Source of the DNA: Pseudomonadota bacterium
Lineage (GTDB): Bacteria; Pseudomonadota; Alphaproteobacteria; Rs-D84
Direction: 5' to 3'
NCBI GenBank assembly: GCA_030531915.1
Contig: JAUNMD010000002.1
Coordinates: 1-28,177, forward strand
Length of the DNA: 28,177 nucleotides
The notes under the pieces are model-generated. The model saw nothing but the letters and a program-made list of their open reading frames with translations, made no database searches and was not told the origin of the DNA. Of this stretch, positions 18,511 through 27,300 are shown one piece after another. A program made the translations under genes and the position numbers. Numbering within the stretch: position 1 is the first letter of the stretch; every line of letters starts with the position of its first letter.

Positions 18511-20090
18511 TCGAAAAAATACAAAATGTATTTATGGCCGATAAAAGTTTTGTTCTTGTTGGTGGGGCCGGCAGCGGGAAGACGCATTCGCTCAACAAAC
18601 TGGTAAACCAGATATATTCCAATCAAGCATGTGCCAAAGTTGCGTGTATAACTTATACAGATGTTGCGGCCGAAGAGATAAAAAAAAGATGTTTGAACAC
18701 AGAAAGAACTAATGTCTTGCAAGTGTCTACAATCCATAGTTTCTTGTGGCAGAATATAAAAAATTTTCAACCAGGACTAAAGCGTGTTTTAATTGATTTA
18801 CTTATAAATGGGCACATAAGAAAAGATGATGATATTGAGCTGGATGAGTTAACTCATTTATTAAATGACAAGGACGTAGATTATAAAAATTATAGAAAGA
18901 TATCAGATGGGGTAATATCTCATGATGATTTACTAAAAATATTTGCAAAAATGCTTGAATCATATCGGTTATTATCACGCATATTTGCAGATAGATGTGA
19001 TTACATATTAGTCGATGAATATCAAGATACATCGCCAGATGTAATAAATGGGTTTATAGAATTGATCAAGAAAAAGTGTAAAACAAAATTTGGTTTCTTT
19101 GGTGATACTATGCAGGCCATTTATTCCAATGGAATCGGGGATTTGAATAGATATATCGCCGATGGTACATTGGAGAAAATAGAAAAACAGGATAATTATC
19201 GCTGTTCAATAGCGGCAATTGAGTTGTGCAATAAGATTAGAAATGACGGTTTAATACAGTGTGCTGCCCATCTAGACGATAAAGGTCATGTGGACAATAA
19301 ACCAGGGCGGGCCATATTTGTTTATAGTAATAGTGGTTTGGATGATTTTAGAAAAACAGATGTGTATAATGAAATCTTTGAAAACAAAAGTCCAGATAAG
19401 GAGATGTATTTAACAAATCGACTGGTGGCCAAAAGCGCAAAATTTGGGGAACTATTAGCCGCCTATACCTCCAGAGAAACATATGGTCAAAGTGGCAAGG
19501 AACGACTTATAGGAACAAACAAAGACAAACTTGCAGCTCATTTATCACATATGTCCAAGTTGGTTTACCTGTATAACCATCGGGTGTTTGATGAATTTAT
19601 TCAGGCGGTGTCTATCAAGGTAGAGCGTCATAGTGACAAAAGAAAATTAAAAGGTAAAATGGAGACATTTTTAGAGAAGAATATGTCGGTTGAAACCGCA
19701 ATAAATTCCATGAATGAACTTGGTTTGCTGCATGTGAGTGATGAGGTACAAGAGTTCCCCATTTTGTATAACAAAGTTAAAAATATTGCATTCAGCGAGG
19801 CGTTAGCGCTCTATGAGTATGAGAATAAGCATACACCGTTTTCTACGCAGCATGGCGTAAAGGGTGATGAGTTTAATAATGTTTTGGTTGTACTAGATAA
19901 TGGTCAATGGAATACATATAACTTTGATGAATTATTTTCTGACAATCCGCCGGATAATGTTTTGAAATTATTTTATGTCTGTGTATCAAGAACAGTAAAT
20001 AATGTTGCTGTTTTTATGAAAGAGCCATCTGAGTCTATAATCAATAAAGCAAAACAATGGTTTGGAAATGATAATGTAATTTCTGTTTAG
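18495..20090 (+). CDS. gajB: Short UvrD-like SF1 helicase, Gabija GajB-like
   Basis: Start re-called at 18495. GGAGSGKT, ITYTDVAAEE, STIHSF, VDEYQD, FGDTMQAIY, NYRCS, TQHGVKGDEF, YVCVSR. Confidence 0.8.
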   Translation: MADEIIEKIQNVFMADKSFVLVGGAGSGKTHSLNKLVNQIYSNQACAKVACITYTDVAAEEIKKRCLNTERTNVLQVSTIHSFLWQNIKNFQPGLKRVLIDLLINGHIRKDDDIELDELTHLLNDKDVDYKNYRKISDGVISHDDLLKIFAKMLESYRLLSRIFADRCDYILVDEYQDTSPDVINGFIELIKKKCKTKFGFFGDTMQAIYSNGIGDLNRYIADGTLEKIEKQDNYRCSIAAIELCNKIRNDGLIQCAAHLDDKGHVDNKPGRAIFVYSNSGLDDFRKTDVYNEIFENKSPDKEMYLTNRLVAKSAKFGELLAAYTSRETYGQSGKERLIGTNKDKLAAHLSHMSKLVYLYNHRVFDEFIQAVSIKVERHSDKRKLKGKMETFLEKNMSVETAINSMNELGLLHVSDEVQEFPILYNKVKNIAFSEALALYEYENKHTPFSTQHGVKGDEFNNVLVVLDNGQWNTYNFDELFSDNPPDNVLKLFYVCVSRTVNNVAVFMKEPSESIINKAKQWFGNDNVISV

Positions 20091-20207
20091 TTAAAATTGG
20101 CGGACTCATATTTTAGAGAGTGCTCTAAAAACGGTTTGGTATAAAAATAACAGAATTTAGTTATTATGTTCAACCACGGGTTGAATGGTGTGGCGGATTT
20201 TTAGTGT

Positions 20208-20996
20208 TTATACAACTATATTCTCAAACCGACCTACAATTTCAAGTAGCGTGTTCGGTACATATTTTCGGGCGGTTGCCTTTATGTCGGCTGGCACGCC
20301 ATAGTACGCACCGGCAACAGCACCCGTAATAGCGGCGATTGTGTCGCTGTCACCGCCGATTGAAATTGCATTGCGTATCGCATCTTCAAAATCTGTGGAT
20401 TCTATAAAGCACTGCAATGCTTGTGGAACTGTGCCTTGGCACGAAGAGTCCCAACAGTAACTTTTTTGCAATTCCGAAACCGATAAACATGCCCCATAGT
20501 AGTTTTTGATTATGTGACGGCCTATCTCGGCTTTGTCGTGGCCGGTGCGTGCCAGAAATACAGCAACGGCGGTCGCCTCGGCCCCCTTGATGGCCTCAAT
20601 GTGGTCATGGCTGACCGATGTCACCATGTATGACAGACGTTTGACCTCTGATAAACTGCGACCAACCCAGCCAGCCGCCGACACACGCATTGCTGCACCG
20701 TTGCCCCAACTGTCATACGGTTCATTGTCATAGCCGTCCAGCCATCGCGCAAATCTGAATCCATAGCTTTTGTCTGGAAACTGCCGACCAATCGCGCGCA
20801 TAGACCGCCGTGCCAAGTCCGACAGGTCGCCACCATCATGCCGCCATTTTAACAGTGCATCCGCCACCGCGATGGTCATACAACTGTCATCTGTGATAAA
20901 TCCACATGGTGAAAATAATGGAAAATCCTTGGTCTTGATATTATCAAATTCATAAATAGACCCGACAATGTCACCAACTATTGCACCCCACAGCAT
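20208..20996 (-). CDS. ADP-ribosylglycohydrolase (DraG/ARH family)
   Basis: GAIVGDIVGS, ITDDSCMT (metal-binding TDD), GNGAAMRVS, GGDSDTIAAITGAVAGAYYG. Confidence 0.92.
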   Translation of the reverse strand: MLWGAIVGDIVGSIYEFDNIKTKDFPLFSPCGFITDDSCMTIAVADALLKWRHDGGDLSDLARRSMRAIGRQFPDKSYGFRFARWLDGYDNEPYDSWGNGAAMRVSAAGWVGRSLSEVKRLSYMVTSVSHDHIEAIKGAEATAVAVFLARTGHDKAEIGRHIIKNYYGACLSVSELQKSYCWDSSCQGTVPQALQCFIESTDFEDAIRNAISIGGDSDTIAAITGAVAGAYYGVPADIKATARKYVPNTLLEIVGRFENIVV

Positions 20997-21013
20997 ATTG
21001 CACCCCCCCCTTT

Positions 21014-21535
21014 TTATAATTTGCTTAAAAAATTTTCTAACTCTTTAATCTTTTGTTTTTTCCAAGCACGATTGCTTTTTTGAAACAGGCCGTAAGTACG
21101 CAACTCTGTGACCTTGCGCAACCATGGGGCAGGGTAATAGCCGAACACCGGCACATTCCGTGCCATATATCGCCGCAACAGGGCGACATTTTCATCACGT
21201 GCATCACGCGCGCCACGGGGCCACATTGCCTCTGGCGGAATATCGCGCGATGATGCCGTATGATATGGGTAATATTCCAAGAACAAAACCTCTGATTGCT
21301 CTATGCCACGTTCACGGAACGCCGCACAAAAATCGTCCCACCAATCGTTGTATTCCTGCAAACTGTCCAAATGCATGCCTGTTGGGGCATAACGCCCGTC
21401 TGCCCGCATTGCGTATTCGGGCAAGCGTTTTGGCCATTGCGGGTTTCCGCCTGGGTTCCATAACAATACGACAAGGCGTGGATTTTCATCGTTTCCCAGA
21501 CGTACCACCGGCAAATCGTATAAATCTATACTCAT
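21014..21535 (-). CDS. Hypothetical protein with uracil-DNA-glycosylase-superfamily-like motifs
   Basis: LP...GN...PRLVVLLWNPGG resembles the UDG-fold 'NPG' strand, followed by a W-rich helix and VLFLEYYPYHT. Fold assignment is inference. Confidence 0.5.
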   Translation of the reverse strand: MSIDLYDLPVVRLGNDENPRLVVLLWNPGGNPQWPKRLPEYAMRADGRYAPTGMHLDSLQEYNDWWDDFCAAFRERGIEQSEVLFLEYYPYHTASSRDIPPEAMWPRGARDARDENVALLRRYMARNVPVFGYYPAPWLRKVTELRTYGLFQKSNRAWKKQKIKELENFLSKL

Positions 21536-21645
21536 ATTGCATTTCCCCCCACAAGCAGACCAAAAATTTGATGCGAAATATTTATATGAAAATTTTGCAA
21601 GAAGCAGACAATAAAATCAACAAAAAACACCTGCGCGAGAGTAAT

Positions 21646-21672
21646 AAAAAACACCCCATACAGGGTGTTTTT
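21646..21672. terminator. Intrinsic terminator downstream of the Fic gene
   Basis: AAAAACACCC-loop-GGGTGTTTTT; same stem as the 14462 terminator. Confidence 0.7.
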
Positions 21673-21945
21673 CATCTCTGGCGGTGTGGCAAGATTCTAC
21701 GGCGAACGCCATACAACAAAATACAGGGATTATCAGGGAATTTTTGTAATTTCCTCCCCGCCAACCGCCAATTATTCAATCATAAGTTGTATTATGTCGC
21801 CAAATTCCGCCATTTTTCGCAAAATACGACAATATACATAACAGGGAATTATTTTCGCAAAACAGGGATTTTACATCGCACTATCAGGCAATATCACAAC
21901 CAGAAATAAGTGACTCAAAAATACAAAAAACGACAGAGAATTATA

Positions 21946-22947
21946 TTACAAATTCGGATTTAATTTGTACTTGCGACCCTTGGTGCGACCGGTTGCAATC
22001 AGTACATTATTTGCCACCAATGCTGCCAATAATTTCTTGGTCATTTCCGGTGATTTACCGGTCAACAACTGGGCACGATAGTTGTCTATTTCGCCATTAT
22101 TTTGTATAAATCCGATAATATTGGTCAAGAAATCCCGTTGAGTCTTGGTCAATAATTCGGTAATTTTTTCGGGAATTATTTCGGTAATATTTGATAATTC
22201 ATTTATGGCACGCAAGATAGCATACAGTATAAATTCTATGAATTCTGTTGAATCAGCGGTCTTTTCTGCACGCCCCAAAACAGCATAATATTCCGCCTGA
22301 TTTTCATATACTATGGTTTCAACCGGAATCCATGCAAACACTGGTTGCCATGTGGACAGTACCAATGTCTGCCACAAACGCCCCATACGGCCATTACCAT
22401 CTGCAAATGGGTGGATAAATTCAATTTCAAAATGCATAACAGCAGATTTAATCAGCGGATGTTCTTTGGTTGATTTTGCCCATTTGAATAAATCGGTCAT
22501 TAACGATAACAGATATTCTGGTTTTGCACCGATATGTACCACTTTTTTACCAGAAAATACGCCAACATTACCACTGCGGAACTTGCCAGCTTCATCAACC
22601 AACTCTGCTGTCATCATTTTATGTGCATGCAAAAAGTCAGGAACTTTATACGGATTTAATGTCAAAGCGCGTTCATATGCATCATAAGCATTACGAACTT
22701 CCTTGATTTCACGTGGATTACCAACAATACGACGACCATTGATAACATCTGTAATTTGTTCCAACGATAATGAATTTCCTTCAATGGCTGTGGAAGATTG
22801 AATAGAACGTAGGCGATTTACCTTGCGCAAATGCAGATTGCGTTCATATTCCTTTTTACCCTGAATTTGCCCAATTTTTTCAGCTATTTCCGCAACAAGA
22901 TTGGTAATGTTTGTTGTAATAGTAAATTTCGGGGTATTTGCAGTCAT
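21946..22947 (-). CDS. fic: Fic family protein with N-terminal inhibitory motif and C-terminal HTH-like region
   Basis: Start re-called at 22947 (AAGAGG SD). HPFADGNGRMGR catalytic motif; SSTAIEGN matches the (S/T)xxxE(G/N) auto-inhibition motif. Confidence 0.9.
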   Translation of the reverse strand: MTANTPKFTITTNITNLVAEIAEKIGQIQGKKEYERNLHLRKVNRLRSIQSSTAIEGNSLSLEQITDVINGRRIVGNPREIKEVRNAYDAYERALTLNPYKVPDFLHAHKMMTAELVDEAGKFRSGNVGVFSGKKVVHIGAKPEYLLSLMTDLFKWAKSTKEHPLIKSAVMHFEIEFIHPFADGNGRMGRLWQTLVLSTWQPVFAWIPVETIVYENQAEYYAVLGRAEKTADSTEFIEFILYAILRAINELSNITEIIPEKITELLTKTQRDFLTNIIGFIQNNGEIDNYRAQLLTGKSPEMTKKLLAALVANNVLIATGRTKGRKYKLNPNL

Positions 22948-22959
22948 ATAAACCTCTTT

Positions 22960-23000
22960 TAATTCGGTAATATTATACAAACAAAATACCGAATTATCAA
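22960..23000 (-). promoter_or_regulatory. fic promoter overlapped by an inverted-repeat operator
   Basis: Minus strand TTGATA - 17 bp - TATAAT (22995-23000; 22972-22977). TAATTCGGTA (22960-22969) and TACCGAATTA (22987-22996) form 10-bp arms. Confidence 0.7.
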
Positions 23001-23455
23001 GTTAAAACGATTGATGACCATATATAGGGATACCCAACTCAAAAAACGCCCAAAATAACAACTTTGTTAAACACACTTTACAAAAGTGTTGTTTTTAACA
23101 GTTTTGTAAAATGAGATACAAACATAACATTGCGGAGATTAGTTTGAATTTATACCCAGCAAAGTTACACAATTTTTGCATACACCCCAAGACGCAAAAA
23201 CTAACAATTCAACCACAGGTTGTATCGCGCCAAAAAACTCATCACTTCCAACAAAATACGATGGCTATATGCGCACCCTAAAGGCATTACGCCGGTCGCA
23301 ACCAGTTCTGCAAACAGTTGACGTACACGTTGCAACTTATCGCTAATTATATCGCTAGTTTTTATATTTGAATTAGCAACAAATATACAACCTATGGTTG
23401 TGCATCACACCAAAAACAGGCACGTTTACAGAAAAATGATTTTTGACACCACGCC

Positions 23456-23483
23456 TTGACAATCACACTAAAAAAACTATTTT
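23456..23483 (+). promoter_or_regulatory. Promoter of the HNH-like gene, probably leaderless
   Basis: TTGACA - 16 bp - TATTTT ending 6 nt before ATG 23490; no SD. Confidence 0.45.
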
Positions 23484-23489
23484 TACCGT

Positions 23490-24236
23490 ATGGTAGTTGG
23501 AATTTGTAAATTTTGTGGACAAGAAAAAGAACTTATAAAATCGCATATCATTCCCAAGTCTTTCTATCGTTTAAAAGAACGTGGCAGATTTGCTGCAATA
23601 ACGCCTTCTGATAGGCGCGTTGACATCGTACATCACCAAAATGGGTTTAAAGAGTATTTGATGTGTTCAAATTGTGATGGTTCGTTAGGCAACTTAGACG
23701 CGTATGCAGAAAGAATACTTTTTCAAGAAATATGCAACTATCCATTTCAAACGGTTGATAATATTAAAACATATTTGCTAAAAAATGGTGAATTTGATTA
23801 TAATAAATTGAGAAAATTTTTTATATCGTTAGCATGGCGTGCTTCAATTTCTTCAGAATTTAATACTTTTTCTTTGGGTAAATACGAAGATGTAGCATTA
23901 AAAATCTTGAAAGGGGAACTTTCAGACAATGCTGATTTATTTGTACCAATCGTTATGAGAAAACAAACACAAACACCGATAGACAACATAAGCACTTGTT
24001 TTAGAGATCGGGTTCTTGGGAAATACTCTTGTTTAATCAAATTCCCAGACTACGAAATAAAAGTAATCACAAATACAAAAGATAACAACTCTCCGGAAAT
24101 TATGCGGATATATAAATCTTGTTTAACCCCAGAAGAGTTCCTTGTTATGGAAACAGACTGCGCTACAGACTATGATGTGAGATTACTAGAAGCAATTATT
24201 CGTTCGCATCGCCCTAATAATCACATCATCTCGTAA
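23490..24236 (+). CDS. HNH-like zinc-binding hypothetical protein
   Basis: CKFCG...KSHIIPKSF...CSNCD pattern. Confidence 0.6.
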   Translation: MVVGICKFCGQEKELIKSHIIPKSFYRLKERGRFAAITPSDRRVDIVHHQNGFKEYLMCSNCDGSLGNLDAYAERILFQEICNYPFQTVDNIKTYLLKNGEFDYNKLRKFFISLAWRASISSEFNTFSLGKYEDVALKILKGELSDNADLFVPIVMRKQTQTPIDNISTCFRDRVLGKYSCLIKFPDYEIKVITNTKDNNSPEIMRIYKSCLTPEEFLVMETDCATDYDVRLLEAIIRSHRPNNHIIS

Positions 24237-24331
24237 TCTTTGTGGCGGAGGACGGTGTCAAACAGGCCGATGTCTTCGCCATCGGACCATCATTAAACAC
24301 ATCTTGGCTCACTAGCGGTTCATAAAATAAA

Positions 24332-27300
24332 TCATCCAAACACCTTATCCAACTCTGTTTCCAATGTCCCTTCTTGGGCGGCAGGCAAGGCATCATACTG
24401 TCTGAAATTATGCTTTTTGATTGTTATGTCACTGTCAAATCCCAAAATATATGACGTTGCAATCTTATATATAATCTCTGTCGGTGCCAATCCATATACC
24501 TGTTTTTCAAATATATGTTTCAGTCTTTCCTTGTTATCCGGATACTTCTTACGCATTTCCTTGCTTTGATATAATCTTTTTACAATTTCCGTTATATATA
24601 ACCCCGATTTCATGTATAAATCTATGAACGTTTTTTCAGGATCATCAAAGCAACCAGGATTTTCTTGCTCTAAATAATCAACCATTTCTTTTACTACTTT
24701 CTTGGGCGTAAATATCTGGTTTGTTTTCTGTGGTGGGATATAGTCAAAAATGTCTTCCTTGCTAGATTCATCAAAATAGTTCGCCAGTTTAGCTTTCAGA
24801 TTCAAAAACTCTTTCACAGAATCATCAAATACAACAGGATCAAACAAATGCCCCTCAAAATGTTTGGTTTCACCGGTCTCTGAATCTGTATAATCGCCAC
24901 CATCACGCAAGAACCTGAATTGATCTAACGTAATACTGGTAACATCTTGGAATACTGCGTCTGGAATAATCTGATCAAAGTTTTCCAACGTTGTATCCTC
25001 ATCCCCATAGGCCATCAGGAAAGACGGTATGGTTCTCGAAAATCCACGTAAATGGGCACGAACAGATTCTTCTATACCTTCTTTCTCTTTCTTACGTTTT
25101 TCTGTTTCAACTGTTTTTACTATGGTTTCACCGGCCTTCTTGACAACAGTATCCACACTACCTTTTACTGTATCTACAAATGTTTTATGAATCTTGTTTT
25201 TCTGAGAGTCATATTTTGCATTTATCTTGGCTATTTCAGTTTTTGATGTGGCTTCTTCTATTTCTTTTTTACGTTCTAATTCATTTTTATTATTTTCTAT
25301 TTGATATGAAGAATAAGCCTTTACCAAAGCAGCATTAGCATCTGAGGCGATAGCACGAGTCACCGCCTGTTGGGCACTTTTACTCATTTCACTACCATAC
25401 GATTCCTTTGCCGTTTCTACTAAAGATGTTGTTACAGTGCCAAATGCGGCTTTATACTTTGCAAATTCATCTGGGTCCCCGGCTTTTTGTTGTGTTATTT
25501 CGTCAACAGTATCTAACAAACCTTGGCTAAGGCCATATATTTTATCGCCAAAGACTTCGTGTGCTTGGCCAATAATTATATCTTGTGAAACTTCAACTTC
25601 GCCTTCATCGTTAATTGACAGCGAATCTTTTGTTTCTTGGTTGACTAGTACCTGTTCTTTTGTTGGTTCCAGTTGCTTTATAACATCTATAATTTCTGTT
25701 GGTGCATTGAATATATTACTGATGTTTTGGAATAAGAAATTGCTCATAAATCCACGTCTGACAACTTCTGCTGAATGAATTTTACGTGGAATTGATAATA
25801 CTTTCTCGGCATCCAGTGTTATCATCTCACCTTCTTCGTCTTCACCATATACAGGGAAGAAGTTCAACAGCTCATAGACATGTTTTTTTCTTATTGCAAT
25901 ATCACCTTTGCCAGAGGAAGTATCGGGGCTCAGGTTATTAGCAAATTGTTCCACTATGGTCAAAGTTCTAGCAGGATCAAAATCAAACACATAAGCATTT
26001 TCTTTTCTATAGAATTTCTTGCCGTCTTTGAACAAACATGGATTTTGTGCTCTGAACGCCGCCTGCATATAAAGAGCAGGACTTTGAACATTACTAAGCA
26101 TCAAAACGGCCGTCCATTCTGGTATTGTTATTCCTGTTGTCAGTTGCCCCACAGATAAAGTTATGGTTTTGTCGTGTTCTGCTATGGCCTTTTTCACCTT
26201 GTCAAACGACTTCTGGTTTTCCTCTTCGTCATCTATTTTGCCGTTCCCAGCAGCTAAAACAACTTCGTAATTGCCATTGCCGAATACGGGGTGGCCTTTC
26301 AATTTCTTTGCCAATGCTTTGGCACTGTCAACACGATTTAATAACCAGAAAGTATGCTTCAATTCATTACGCAATTCTGGGGTAGAAAACGGAAACTTTG
26401 TCTTGTTTACCAGTGCGTCCAAAAATTTATCCACGTCTTCTTCGTATTTGAAAGTTCCATCTGATTTGGTGATAAAAAACTCATTCAAATCAAATGCATA
26501 CTCTTCTGTTTCGCCATCTGAATTGAAATCTGCCCCAGCCTTCAGTTTATCCCTTATGATTTCTGACATTTGATACGTGTAAAGATTCAACTGGGGCAGA
26601 CTTTCGTATGGGTTTTCTATTTCCAGATTTTCTTGTTTTTCATACCATTCACGTTTTTTTCGTTGTTCATCAGCATAAGTCCAGTTGAATATAGCATGCT
26701 CATCAAACTTGCTATTCGCTAATGCTTTAAACGGTGTTCCAGACAGGTGTAATGTATATTTTCTTCTTATCTGATCAAACGCCATATCTGTTTTGTATGT
26801 ATCAATTCCTTCGTGTGCTTCATCAATAACCAATAAATCCCATTCCAAATCAGCAACTTCTTTCAATTTATCATATCGGCCACCAAAAAACACTGAACCT
26901 TTCATATCCTGCAACGAAACAAATTCTATGCAACCTTTATGATTCGGATCTGATAAATGTTTTGTGTATTGTTCCCTGGTTATAACGTATTTTTTACCTT
27001 TTAGTGTATCAACTTGGCTAACAAAATAATACCCAGATTCCGTCCCCATAAACTTTACATAATCATCATACCAAGAATTGGCAATCGCTGGTCTGTTCGT
27101 TACAATCAATACCTTTTTCGCCCCCAGTTGTTTGCACAGATCATACGTAGATAATGTCTTTCCAAATCTGGGCTTTGCATTCCATAAAAATTCGGGTTCA
27201 TCGTCTTCATTTGCCTTGAAGTATGCTTTTGTATTATCAACGGCTGTATTTTGCTCTTCGCGCAGTTTATACTCAACAGATCCCAAAGATTCCAATATGC

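Noticed and set aside
20110-20132. TTTTAGAG...CTCTAAAAAC resembles a type II-A CRISPR repeat/anti-repeat
   Set aside because: Single short palindrome; no repeat-spacer array or cas gene in the window.
14462-21672. Shared AAAAACACCC/GGGTGTTTTT stems at 14462 and 21646 as element ends
   Set aside because: Both have terminator geometry downstream of genes; a preferred terminator sequence is the simpler explanation.
21124-21909. 261-aa plus-strand ORF
   Set aside because: Antisense to the UDG-like gene, runs through a terminator, no recognisable motifs.
15100-24331. Integron attC sites (ATTCAAC...GTTGAAT fits RYYYAAC/GTTRRRY)
   Set aside because: Arms are only a few nt apart versus 55-141 bp for attC, genes are in mixed orientations, and no integrase is present.
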